Positions 1-11,369 of a stretch of DNA of 54,110 nt are shown here, piece after piece. This DNA is from Microbacteriaceae bacterium. GTDB taxonomy: Bacteria > Actinomycetota > Actinomycetes > Actinomycetales > Microbacteriaceae. The position numbers and the translations under genes were made by a program. Under the pieces are notes generated by a model. The model was not told the origin of the DNA and made no database searches. It was given only the letters and a program-made list of their open reading frames with translations. Positions within the stretch are counted from its first letter, which is position 1, and every line of letters starts with the position of its first letter. The stretch covers positions 1-54,110 of the forward strand of contig JAIOXB010000001.1 of NCBI GenBank assembly GCA_021741825.1. Reading direction: 5' to 3'.

Positions 1-168
1 ATCTTAGTTTTGAGAAAAGCATTATAGAGTCTCGCCCGTACTAGGTTTGGCTCGTCGTAAAACGGCGACGTTCCTGATTTCGGACATCGCAAACGCTCGC
101 CCTCTCATTTTGGCTCGACAAACCCCAAATCTTATAAGCTTTGCGCACCTGCCTCTGGCAAGTCAAGG

Positions 169-189
169 CGAATACCCGTCGGGCATTCG
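169..189 (-). terminator. Possible hairpin terminator after the GT-C-like gene
   Basis: Minus strand reads CGAATGCCC-GAC-GGGTATTCG (9-bp stem with one G:U), 13 nt past the stop. Weak U tail. Confidence 0.3.
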
Positions 190-202
190 GCAATTCTTGT
201 GG

Positions 203-1567
203 TCAGGACTGAGGTGCAGCGTTGGGCTGATCCTGGGGTTGCTCGTCGGTGCCGTGGAAAGTCCCGTTTTTGCGGAGACCCCCAGCGATAAGCACTCCGA
301 CCAGCGGGAGAACCAGGAGTCCGAAGCGAACTGCAGCGTCAAAGTTGAACCCTCCTTGAAGAAACTGCAAAACGGGCCACGAAACGCCAAAAACCGTGAC
401 TGTTGTAATCCAATTCAACGCCACAACTTGAAAGGCTCGAACGGGGACGTCACCCCAACCCCTTCTCGACGATCCAAGCATCCACGCGGAGAAGCCGAGA
501 AGAACAAGAAACGCGGTGTTAATTACATAAAAGAGCGACGGGATTGTGACGAGACCATTGGAAAAGCCTCCCCATATTTCCATCAAGTGACCAATCGAAT
601 TGAACACCGTTGCTGGTTGAATCACGTCCGTCGTTAAAAAACCCAACAGACTGCGCAAAACAATCCCGGAAGGGACAGTTTCGCGGATTGATTGGTACCC
701 GTGGAAGAGCGCGGAGACTACGCCGGCAGCGACGAACGCCGAACCAGCAAAAATCATTTCTCCGCGTCCAAGTTCCTGCCTGAATCTGGATCGGCGAAGA
801 ACCAATCGCATCAAGGAATAACCGACGATCGCCGTCAGGGCCCCAAACGGGAGCAAAAGCGTTGACGATTTTATGAGCCCAAGCGCAACCCCAATTCCTG
901 TGCCTACGAGCGCAGCCGTTCGACGGCTCCACATAAACGAGGAAATAAGCGCGAGCGCGAAGCCAAGTGCGCCAACGAGGGTAGGTCCATCATTCGACAC
1001 AATCCCCAGCGCATACGTTGCCGACGGCGCGAGCATGATTATGCCGCTCAACAGAACTGTCAACCAGAAACCGAGGCGTAGCTTTCTCGATAGCAAGAAA
1101 AGGAAAAAGCCGCAGAGTCCGATGAGGGCGACTCCGCCCGAATCCCTCACAAAGTTCAGATATTTCTCGGGGCTTTCACCCTGAAAAAATAGGGCCCCCG
1201 GAACATAGGTAACATAACCTAGGGGCGGTTGTTGCGCCTCATAACTGAATCCGTCAGGGGGATACTGTGTCGGATCCCTCAGTTTGGACGAACAATCGTT
1301 AACTCTTTCTGGCTCAAAGGCGTTACCGAGACAATCAGAGATAAGAAGCGTTTCTTGAGCATACTTGTCGCCCCAGGCCGGAATCTGACCATGTGCCAGC
1401 AACCATACATAGTCAAAGTGAGCGGCTTCGTCAATGGGGTCAAAATAAGATTTCCCGTGTTGGCCCCATTGAACACCGATTAAACACAACGCCGCGACAA
1501 CCAAAACCCCGAGCAACCTTGCGATATTGCCACTTATACTGCGGAAGACTCGAGGAAATGCTCGCAC
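203..1567 (-). CDS. Multi-pass membrane protein, GT-C-fold glycosyltransferase-like (DUF2142/PMT-like)
   Basis: 454-aa ORF. One N-terminal TM helix, then a loop with PIDEAAHFDY (DE motif) and YEAQQPPLGY, then many hydrophobic segments and an SND motif. Lies in a glycosyltransferase cluster. Confidence 0.65.
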   Translation of the reverse strand: MRAFPRVFRSISGNIARLLGVLVVAALCLIGVQWGQHGKSYFDPIDEAAHFDYVWLLAHGQIPAWGDKYAQETLLISDCLGNAFEPERVNDCSSKLRDPTQYPPDGFSYEAQQPPLGYVTYVPGALFFQGESPEKYLNFVRDSGGVALIGLCGFFLFLLSRKLRLGFWLTVLLSGIIMLAPSATYALGIVSNDGPTLVGALGFALALISSFMWSRRTAALVGTGIGVALGLIKSSTLLLPFGALTAIVGYSLMRLVLRRSRFRQELGRGEMIFAGSAFVAAGVVSALFHGYQSIRETVPSGIVLRSLLGFLTTDVIQPATVFNSIGHLMEIWGGFSNGLVTIPSLFYVINTAFLVLLGFSAWMLGSSRRGWGDVPVRAFQVVALNWITTVTVFGVSWPVLQFLQGGFNFDAAVRFGLLVLPLVGVLIAGGLRKNGTFHGTDEQPQDQPNAAPQS

Positions 1568-1605
1568 CTTTTCATCTTACTGGTGACGACCGCCCGCGCG
1601 GTGTT

Positions 1606-2601
1606 TCAACTCAAATATGAGCGCACCTTGGGAAAACCACCCATGGAAAGAATCAACTGGGCCACCGTGGGGTAAGTCAAGAGCCACAGTCCGGCTCTTA
1701 TTTTGAGAGTCAGTTTGCCTGCGGGTCGGATTGCGGACGATTCGTAAAGTGTTCGAAGATCACCGGCAATAGCGCGAGCGGATGCGAAGTCCCCTCCTCT
1801 CAGCGCTACAAGATAGTCCAACATGAACGACCTCCGCATGCGCGGAACGAGGAGGTCCCTGACGTGGTGCGAATGTGTTCGAGGATTGTCAGGGAGAAGG
1901 GACGCAATTTTTTCAGCAAAACGCAGCCGACTCGCTCGGAAGGACGGTGACATCGAGCTTCCCGAGCCGTGAATTCGGTAATTGACGCGAGCATCGTCAA
2001 CGTAGTGAGGATTCCAGCCCGCCCTGAACCCCCGCAAATATAGATCGTCATCTTCGTAGCCCTGCAGTGCCGGGTCAAACCCACCCAAATCAAGAAAGGC
2101 GATTCGACGAACCATCGTGGCACTGGGCAATGCCATGATGTCAGCAGCAATGATTTCGTTCACGCCCCGCTTGGGGTGGGAATTATTCGCTCGGGCATTG
2201 AGTCCCACAAGTAGTAGACCGGCGTCCGCGTCAATAGTGTTGATGTCGGAATAGGCCATCGAGCTCGCAGGGTTGTCATCCAGGCACCGCGTCAGGCTTG
2301 CCACATGCCCATCGAGCCACACGTCATCTTGATCGAGAAAGGCAAGGTAATCACCCGAGGCAAGTTGAGCCCCCGCGTTCCGAGCGGCGGATTGTCCGAC
2401 ACCTTCGGTGTGAATCAGGCGAATGGGGACCGCCACCTCTTTTACGAACGCCTCGACGATTGCCATCGAACCGTCTGCGGAAGCATCGTCTATGACGACT
2501 ACTTCAAATACACTTTCGATCTGATTTGCGATCGCGCGCAACGACTGCGCTATGTATCTCTCGCCATTATGAACCGGCATAATGACGCTGACAGTGCTCA
2601 T
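1606..2601 (-). CDS. Family 2 glycosyltransferase
   Basis: Start re-called at MSTVSVIMPVHNGERY (ATG 2601, ATGA overlap with upstream stop). GT-A motifs VIDDASADGS, ARNAG, FLDQDD and EDDDL. Confidence 0.9.
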   Translation of the reverse strand: MSTVSVIMPVHNGERYIAQSLRAIANQIESVFEVVVIDDASADGSMAIVEAFVKEVAVPIRLIHTEGVGQSAARNAGAQLASGDYLAFLDQDDVWLDGHVASLTRCLDDNPASSMAYSDINTIDADAGLLLVGLNARANNSHPKRGVNEIIAADIMALPSATMVRRIAFLDLGGFDPALQGYEDDDLYLRGFRAGWNPHYVDDARVNYRIHGSGSSMSPSFRASRLRFAEKIASLLPDNPRTHSHHVRDLLVPRMRRSFMLDYLVALRGGDFASARAIAGDLRTLYESSAIRPAGKLTLKIRAGLWLLTYPTVAQLILSMGGFPKVRSYLS

Positions 2602-5222
2602 TCCACATCCCATTTCCGTGCGATACCGTCCACCGGGTAGTTCCTGGCGTGAATTCGCCGCTCTTCTGCATGATATGGCCACGAGACACTTGCCGCTGCG
2701 TCTGAGACCTTCGTGGTAATGATCCATGATTGGCCTGCACTGACAAGCGTTGGCATATCTTCGTGCGTTGGCGAAAGCCAATCGGCGTTCGGAACCACCC
2801 GCGCAAAACTAGTTTCCCCCGAGACTATCGTGGAACAGCCGATTTCGTGCGAGAACAGGGTTTGAAGTCCCTCCGCCGAAAAACGAAAGAAGTCATTGGG
2901 TTGGGCGTGAGTTGGCCAAACCCACGGCACAATGTGCCCCATCACCCCGCCCGGTTTGAGTACTCGAAGCATTTCGACAACAGCTACCCACGGCATCGCG
3001 AGATGTTCAAGAACCTGTCCGCTGAAAATTACAGCAAATTTCTTGACCGGAAACTGAGCGCGAAGGTTGTGAACGTCCGCAACAACGTCAACTCCGGGAC
3101 CTGCGTGAATGTCAAGTGAGACCACCTCGCGTTCACCGAACAGTGCCTGCAGCTTGTCATATTGTTCAGTGTCATTCGATCGAATCCCAATCGCAAGGAC
3201 GGGCCCATCGGGAGCGTTCGCTACCTCCATGGCGAATGCGTCGACAAATGCTGAGTCATCCGATGAGGGCGCTGGAGGCAGCGCGTGCCTCGGAAGCTCC
3301 CATCGAATGACCGTGTCACCATTCGAGGTGGAGAGGATCACGTCGAGGAACTCTCCGCGTCCCCCTGAAAGGTAAGCGCGAAACCCACTGCGAGAGTCGC
3401 GGGGCAACTCGGGGAAAATTGCCTCGAGGTCCCGGCGGGCCTTAACGTCGGCGACACATTCCACAACGCCGTGACGGACGTGCACCGCTGTCATCGGTGT
3501 CGAACCGAGGTGAGCCCAGCCTTCCACGAAGATGCCGCTTGCATCACGCCAGTAACTTTCGATCGCGATCTGCGACTGGGGAATTGACCCCAAAATAGTC
3601 ACGCGTGAAAGGAAATCGTCTGCCATGGCATGGCGCGGGGCCCCGAGCCGAGACAGCGCCTCGCTCGCTTCGCGAATCAACGTGACTTCGTGATCGGCCA
3701 CTGTCGGGGACGCAAAGCACCCCTCAATGCACCGAACATAAAAGTCGCCAGCCGTCTCGACAGCGCCGTCTCGTTCACTCATTCCGGCGAGCATAAAAAG
3801 CGCGTCTTGGCCCGCGACTCGATCAGCGGTGGCGTCGCGTGCGATTAAGTTGTCGACTCCACCGGCACAAACCTGAGCAAGCGTTTTTACCGCCGCATCG
3901 TGGCCATTGGCCACCGCCTCCACAAGGACGCGTGCGACGACGTAGTTGCGGTCGATGTCGACGAGATCGAAGCCAGAAAGAGCTTCCCGCTGAGCTTTGT
4001 CGGGATTGATTCGAGCCAAGGATATGAGCCGATTTATGTGCGACTCGCGCGCCAGCGACAGCAGGTGGGGGTTGGGCAGGAACCCCACGCTCAGCCATTT
4101 TCTCACGGCATCGATACACGTCGCAAAACTGCGGGATGCCTGATCGGCATCGCCCAAAACCTCGATGGCAATGATTCCCATTCCATAAGCGAGGGACGCA
4201 ACGCTCGCCAGCGAAAGGCTCGAAGCCCGGTTTTTCGCCGTGCGAACAAGGTAATCAAGGTCATCGCTCGTGAAGCGAATAACCAAGTCCTTTCGAAAAC
4301 TTTCGGCGCGTTCTTGCGCGGCGGTCAGGTTTCCCGCGGCCACTTGGGAATCGAACAATCGACGACCGAGTGCGATTCGAAGGGAAGAACCGGGCTCCGT
4401 GCGCTCGATGGCCGAGGTGTACCACGATTCAATGTCGCTTCGCGAAACATCGTTTTGTGAGAGCAGACTTAGCGCGCCGTGCGATTGCGACGCGGAAACA
4501 AAAAGCGTTCCACCGTCCTCGCGCACGTTGATGTGGATGAAGCCGGCCCTCACGAGAAGTGCTCGCATGCCCGCGGCACTCGCAACAAAGGCGTGAAAAC
4601 CCGGGCTCAGCGCTATCTCGGACATATCGTCGGGGAATTCTGGTGAGACAATCGCGCGATTAGGAGTGCTCAGCAAAAGCACGCAATGCTCGGACATCTG
4701 ACTGCGGAGAGTCTCGACAAACGCGAGCGGGTCTGGAACATGCTCGACGACCTCGCTCGACAAGATAAAATCGGGCGATCCGGCAAGTTTGCTTCCCGAG
4801 GCGAAAAACTCATGACGGATGTCGACTCCGAGCGCTCGTGAGCCGGCGACCCCGAGCGGCGAGGGTTCGAACCCTGACGCGTTCCAGCCACAAACATCAC
4901 GAGCAATTACCAACGAGAATCCGTATCCGCATCCCACATCAACAAAGTTCTTCACCGAATCACGTGGCATGCTGCACACCATGTTCGCAATCGAGTCGAT
5001 TCCCACCCCGGCCTCGAGATAGAAATCTACCTCCAGATCGGTCTGAGAAAAATGTTGGGGCTCAGGGAGAATATCGAGACTCAAACAACGCGGACATTCA
5101 ACCGGTTTGACGGTCGTTCTGGTGCTGGTTTTGAGCCGCAAAACCTGGTGCCCGGTTCCCGCGAAGCCGCACAGCCGACACGAAATTTTTGCGGGGCGCT
5201 TCATCCACGAAATCTTTGTCAT
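2598..5222 (-). CDS. Multidomain protein with two SAM-dependent methyltransferase domains
   Basis: N-terminal CRLC...CPRC, DVGCGYG and SEVVEHVPDP. C-terminal VDVVADVH, QVLEHLAMPW, LKPGG and DFFRFS. Start is ATG 5222 or TTG 5231. Confidence 0.8.
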   Translation of the reverse strand: MTKISWMKRPAKISCRLCGFAGTGHQVLRLKTSTRTTVKPVECPRCLSLDILPEPQHFSQTDLEVDFYLEAGVGIDSIANMVCSMPRDSVKNFVDVGCGYGFSLVIARDVCGWNASGFEPSPLGVAGSRALGVDIRHEFFASGSKLAGSPDFILSSEVVEHVPDPLAFVETLRSQMSEHCVLLLSTPNRAIVSPEFPDDMSEIALSPGFHAFVASAAGMRALLVRAGFIHINVREDGGTLFVSASQSHGALSLLSQNDVSRSDIESWYTSAIERTEPGSSLRIALGRRLFDSQVAAGNLTAAQERAESFRKDLVIRFTSDDLDYLVRTAKNRASSLSLASVASLAYGMGIIAIEVLGDADQASRSFATCIDAVRKWLSVGFLPNPHLLSLARESHINRLISLARINPDKAQREALSGFDLVDIDRNYVVARVLVEAVANGHDAAVKTLAQVCAGGVDNLIARDATADRVAGQDALFMLAGMSERDGAVETAGDFYVRCIEGCFASPTVADHEVTLIREASEALSRLGAPRHAMADDFLSRVTILGSIPQSQIAIESYWRDASGIFVEGWAHLGSTPMTAVHVRHGVVECVADVKARRDLEAIFPELPRDSRSGFRAYLSGGRGEFLDVILSTSNGDTVIRWELPRHALPPAPSSDDSAFVDAFAMEVANAPDGPVLAIGIRSNDTEQYDKLQALFGEREVVSLDIHAGPGVDVVADVHNLRAQFPVKKFAVIFSGQVLEHLAMPWVAVVEMLRVLKPGGVMGHIVPWVWPTHAQPNDFFRFSAEGLQTLFSHEIGCSTIVSGETSFARVVPNADWLSPTHEDMPTLVSAGQSWIITTKVSDAAASVSWPYHAEERRIHARNYPVDGIARKWDVE

Positions 5223-5499
5223 AACGTCCAATCGAATGCTGTTAAGTCAACCTCACACCAACGGTGTCACAACAACGGTATTACAAGACGTGCCGTTGGG
5301 TTGCTGTTTCGCATGCAGACGGCAGCATTCAAGCTTACGGCCCTAACAGTCGAATTGCCTTGCCACGTGCGATCAGGTCATTCTCGTCCCTTTCTATTCC
5401 GCTAACCAGCTCAATTTCATCGTGAATCTAGGCCTTCTCCGTCCGTGTAGCATTTGAGCCGAGCCAGTTGCCAGCGTTTGTAAGTTTCCTAAAGAGAGG

Positions 5500-5769
5500 G
5501 TGCGAGTCAATATGGGTAATAATTTGTTTACAGATAGACATCTGCAGGAAATACCCGACGCTGAAGAGAGACTAAATCATTTACGGGCTAGAGATTTTGA
5601 AATTGCCAACCTCGCCACCAATTTCCAAATGCGATCAAAGATAAATTCTTTGGAGAGGGAGGTTTCTCTATTGAAATCCATTCAAGACACTTGGGTTTTG
5701 ACGAGGTTCAGCAGACTTTATTTCAAGCTAACAAGGTTGATACGGCGCATACTATTCAGTAAGAGCTAA
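5500..5769 (+). CDS. Small hypothetical protein, coiled-coil with basic amphipathic C-terminus
   Basis: 89-aa ORF (alternative ATG at 5512), low GC, ends 2 nt before the GT2 gene. Confidence 0.65.
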   Translation: MRVNMGNNLFTDRHLQEIPDAEERLNHLRARDFEIANLATNFQMRSKINSLEREVSLLKSIQDTWVLTRFSRLYFKLTRLIRRILFSKS

Positions 5770-5771
5770 CA

Positions 5772-7301
5772 GTGCAGTCGCCAAAACTATCCGTCGTCAC
5801 GCCCGTTTTCCAGCCGAACATCAAGGAGCTGCGGGACTGCCTCCGGAGCGCGCGGGGCCCCGGTATCGAACACATTCTGGCTCTCGACGGTTTTCATGCT
5901 GAAAGCCAGGTAAGAAAGATTCGGAAACTGTGCAGGCGCTATGGCGCCAAATTTGAGAGGCTTGAAAAGCAAGGTGGAATCTCGGCTGCATCGAATTTGG
6001 CGGCGTTATCCTCGTCCGGCGAGTTTCTCGTCTTCCTGGACCAAGATGACGTGTTGGCTAAAAATTGGTGGTCTCCGGTTCTAGAGGCTTTAGACGGGGC
6101 GGATTTCATGTACTCCGACAGTTTCGCTGCTGATGAATCGGGCACTGCAGTGCGGTTAGTTCGGAAACCGAATTGGTCACCTCACCGGCTGATTTTCAAT
6201 ATGTATGCGGTTCATTTCATGGCGGTCCGAAAGAAGATATTTGCGGAACTGGGTGGATTTCGTTCGGAGTTTGACGGCTCTCAGGACCATGACTTGGCGC
6301 TGAGAGTTAGCGAAGTGTCCCAGCGATTTGTCCATCTACCGTTGCCGCTATATTCCTGGAGATCAAGCAGAAATTCAACAGCCTCCAATCCCAAGAATAA
6401 GGATTGGGCCTATCTGGCGGGTCAAAAGGCCGCTCAAAATCACATAGAGAAGTTGGTTCCCGGCACTGTTATCGAAAGAATTGAGAAGTACCCTGGCGCT
6501 CTCAAGGCTAAATACCCACGTCGCCACGAACCAGTTTCGATTGTAATTCCGACCGCCTTCAAACTGATCTCAACAGGTTTCTCTCACCTGGACCAGCTTC
6601 TCACGAGTCTAATCCCTTTTTTGGATGCCGACCTCGGCGACGAAATCATTCTGGTTCATGGTGGAGAGAATCCCTCACGGTTTTTTGGGAAAGTCACGAG
6701 CGAATGTCCGGTTGCCATAACCAGTGTTGAGGATAACGAGGACTTCGATTTTTCTCGAAGGAGCAACATTGGTTTCTTGGCGGCTAGTCATGAGCACGTT
6801 TTGTTGCTCAATGACGATATTGAATTTTTCAAAGACAATCCCTTAGACGCTTTATTTGGGATACTGCGAATGCCTAACATTGGCTTAGTTGGAGGCCTTT
6901 TGTTTTACCCCGGTCTATCGGTGCAGCACGGAGGACACACGTTTAATGGGGGTTTGCCAAACCATGCTCATTTAGGTTCTGAATCCCTGGAGGTCGGACT
7001 TTTTGACCTTCTCGTTGATCATGAGGTGGTTGGTGTCACTGGTGCGCTCATGTTTCAGCGGAAATCGACGTGGCAAGCGGTAGGAGGTTTTTCGAGCTTG
7101 TTTCCGATGAACTTCAACGACGTCGATTACTGCCAGAAGATTCGCGCCCTTGGATACACAATCATCCAGGCCAATTCAGTGAAAGCTATTCATCATGAAT
7201 CAGCAACCAGAGAGCCAATTGTTCACTCTTGGGAAATCTCGCGCCTGACAGATAGATGGAAGTTTGCTCTAGCGAAAGATGATTACTCGGTGACGGGATA
7301 A
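5772..7301 (+). CDS. Tandem two-domain family 2 glycosyltransferase
   Basis: Domain 1: LSVVTPVF, GGISAASN, FLDQDD, DGSQDHDL. Domain 2: VSIVIPT, LLLNDDIE, VTGALM, NDVDYC, HHESATR. Confidence 0.9.
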   Translation: MQSPKLSVVTPVFQPNIKELRDCLRSARGPGIEHILALDGFHAESQVRKIRKLCRRYGAKFERLEKQGGISAASNLAALSSSGEFLVFLDQDDVLAKNWWSPVLEALDGADFMYSDSFAADESGTAVRLVRKPNWSPHRLIFNMYAVHFMAVRKKIFAELGGFRSEFDGSQDHDLALRVSEVSQRFVHLPLPLYSWRSSRNSTASNPKNKDWAYLAGQKAAQNHIEKLVPGTVIERIEKYPGALKAKYPRRHEPVSIVIPTAFKLISTGFSHLDQLLTSLIPFLDADLGDEIILVHGGENPSRFFGKVTSECPVAITSVEDNEDFDFSRRSNIGFLAASHEHVLLLNDDIEFFKDNPLDALFGILRMPNIGLVGGLLFYPGLSVQHGGHTFNGGLPNHAHLGSESLEVGLFDLLVDHEVVGVTGALMFQRKSTWQAVGGFSSLFPMNFNDVDYCQKIRALGYTIIQANSVKAIHHESATREPIVHSWEISRLTDRWKFALAKDDYSVTG

Positions 7302-7352
7302 TCACTCTGCTGAGACCACCCTGCGGAAGGTTTTCAACCATTGAATCCGTCG

Positions 7353-9214
<1,862 letters not shown>

Positions 9215-9240
9215 ACACGATGAGTGCGCTGACGGAGAAA

Positions 9241-10122
9241 TCAGAATCCGAGCTTGCCGAGCGCCTTCGGGTCACGTTGCCAGTCCTTGGCGATTGTGAC
9301 GTGCAGGTCGAGATAGATCGTGGCGCCCAAAAGCGCCTCGATTTGCGGTCGGGAGCGCTCGCCGATCAGCCGCAACATCGAGCCTCGATGTCCGATGATG
9401 ATGCCCTTTTGGCTGTCGCGTTCGACGATGAGCGTGACGAACACCTTCGTTCGCCCGTTTTCGCGCACGATGTCCATGAGCGTCACCGCAAGCGAGTGGG
9501 GCAGTTCGTCGCTGAGTTCCTCGAGCACCGCCTCGCGCACGATTTCCGGAATACGGTTCTCGACCGACTCGTCGGACACCGAATCGTCCGGGTACAAGTG
9601 AAGTGACTCGGGCATGATGGGGATGATGCCGTCGAGGAATTCGTCTAGCCCGTCGGCCGTCACCGCACTGAGCGGCACGACGAGAGTCCAATTGCGCAAC
9701 TCCCCCACTTCCGCCAATTTGTTGAGAACAGCGGTGGACGACACGCGGTCGGTCTTGGTCACAATCGCGATGACCTTGGCGCGAGGGTAGCGCGCGAGTT
9801 GTTCGAGGATGAACAAGTCGCCCTTTCCGATAGATTCGTCGGCGGGAAGGCACATGCCGATGACGTCGACGTCCCCCAGTGTCGTTTCGACGAGTGCGTT
9901 GAGTCGTTCGCCCAACAGCGTTCGCGGACGGTGAAGCCCGGGTGTGTCCACGATGATGAGTTGCCCATCGTCTCGCGTGACAATCCCGCGGATGGTCTTG
10001 CGGGTGGTCTGTGGCTTAGACGAGGTGATCGCGATTTTCTCGCCAATCAGCGCATTCATGAGTGTCGATTTCCCCACGTTCGGGCGACCGACAAACGAGA
10101 CAAATCCGCTACGCGAGGTCAC
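9241..10122 (-). CDS. era: GTPase Era
   Basis: GRPNVGKS, PQTTR, DTPG and TKTD motifs, plus KH domain with GIIIG. Confidence 0.97.
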   Translation of the reverse strand: MTSRSGFVSFVGRPNVGKSTLMNALIGEKIAITSSKPQTTRKTIRGIVTRDDGQLIIVDTPGLHRPRTLLGERLNALVETTLGDVDVIGMCLPADESIGKGDLFILEQLARYPRAKVIAIVTKTDRVSSTAVLNKLAEVGELRNWTLVVPLSAVTADGLDEFLDGIIPIMPESLHLYPDDSVSDESVENRIPEIVREAVLEELSDELPHSLAVTLMDIVRENGRTKVFVTLIVERDSQKGIIIGHRGSMLRLIGERSRPQIEALLGATIYLDLHVTIAKDWQRDPKALGKLGF

Positions 10123-11369
10123 GGGACGTCTACGATTCGCGCGATCACCGTGATGAGTCGCTTTCGGCGACGTTCGACCCGGTCGGCGGTGAGTTGCAAC
10201 CCGGCCACCACGACAGTGTCTCCCGACTCGGGGAAACGCCCAAAATTCTTCACAAACAATCCACCGACGGTGTCCACGTCGTCCTCGTCGATAGGAATGT
10301 CAAGGTGCTCGGCGAGGTCGTCAATGTTTGTCGACGCACTGACTCGCGACGACCCGTCGCCGAGGCCGACTATCCCGACCTCGTCATCGTCGTATTCGTC
10401 CGAGATTTCGCCGAGGACCTCTTCGATGAGGTCTTCCATGGTCACCAGGCCCGCGATTCCGCCGTACTCGTCGACGACAAGCGCCATGTGATTCGATTCG
10501 GCCTGGAGAACTCGCAATGCCTCGTCCGCCATTTTTACCTCGGGCAAGAACAGAGCAGGTCGAACCAGTTCAGTGATGAGTGCCTTTTTCGCCTTGGCGG
10601 GATTCGCGCGAACGAACCGGGCGGTGTCTTTGATGTGGGCGATGCCCAGCACATCGTCGTTGTCGACTCCAACAACGGGCATTCGTGAATAGCCGTCCGC
10701 CAGGAACATTCCCAACGCCTCGTCCACTGTTACGGTCGAGTCGAGCGCCGCCATCTCGGTTCGAGCGATCATGATTTCGCGAAGAATCGTGTCCCCGAAA
10801 TCGAAGATTGACCGGATGAGGTCACGGTCTTCTTCTTCGATCGCGTCCGACTCGGTCGCTTCGTCGACCATACTCAGCAACTGTCGTTCGGTGTTGATGG
10901 TCGTGCGCGCACGGCCCGGTGTCACCGCGTTGCCGATTCCGACAAGCACAATCGTGAGCGGGCCGAGGAACAGGCGGATGGCGCGAACCAGTCCGCCGGT
11001 CATGCGAACGATTCTCATTGGATGTGCACGACCGACGCTTCGGGGACTCGAACCAACCAGTACGAAGGTGATGGCGGTCATCGCAATCGCTGAGGCAATG
11101 AGCGACTGCGTGAGGTCGTATCCAAGGCTCACGAACGAGAGGGCAACGAGAATTGCCGCGAATGTCTCGCAGAGCACACGAACGAAGTTCACGGCATTGA
11201 GGTGAGCCGGAACGTCGGCAGCAATCGCGTCAAACACGCGCGCGGTTCTGCCCACGCCCAGGTTGGCAACGTCGTTCCGGGACAGCGACTGATAGGCCGC
11301 GTCAATCGCCGCACAGAGCCCGCCGAACGTAACCAGCACCACGGCGATTACCGCGAACCATCCAGTCAC
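10119..11369 (-). CDS. Hemolysin-family CNNM/CBS/CorC membrane protein
   Basis: N-terminal TM domain, CBS pair (YSRMPV, VVDEYGGIAGLVTMEDLIEE) and CorC-like C-terminus. Confidence 0.9.
   Translation of the reverse strand: MTGWFAVIAVVLVTFGGLCAAIDAAYQSLSRNDVANLGVGRTARVFDAIAADVPAHLNAVNFVRVLCETFAAILVALSFVSLGYDLTQSLIASAIAMTAITFVLVGSSPRSVGRAHPMRIVRMTGGLVRAIRLFLGPLTIVLVGIGNAVTPGRARTTINTERQLLSMVDEATESDAIEEEDRDLIRSIFDFGDTILREIMIARTEMAALDSTVTVDEALGMFLADGYSRMPVVGVDNDDVLGIAHIKDTARFVRANPAKAKKALITELVRPALFLPEVKMADEALRVLQAESNHMALVVDEYGGIAGLVTMEDLIEEVLGEISDEYDDDEVGIVGLGDGSSRVSASTNIDDLAEHLDIPIDEDDVDTVGGLFVKNFGRFPESGDTVVVAGLQLTADRVERRRKRLITVIARIVDVP

Noticed and set aside
47-637. 196-aa plus-strand ORF
   Set aside because: It is mostly antisense to the GT-C-like gene and has no motifs.
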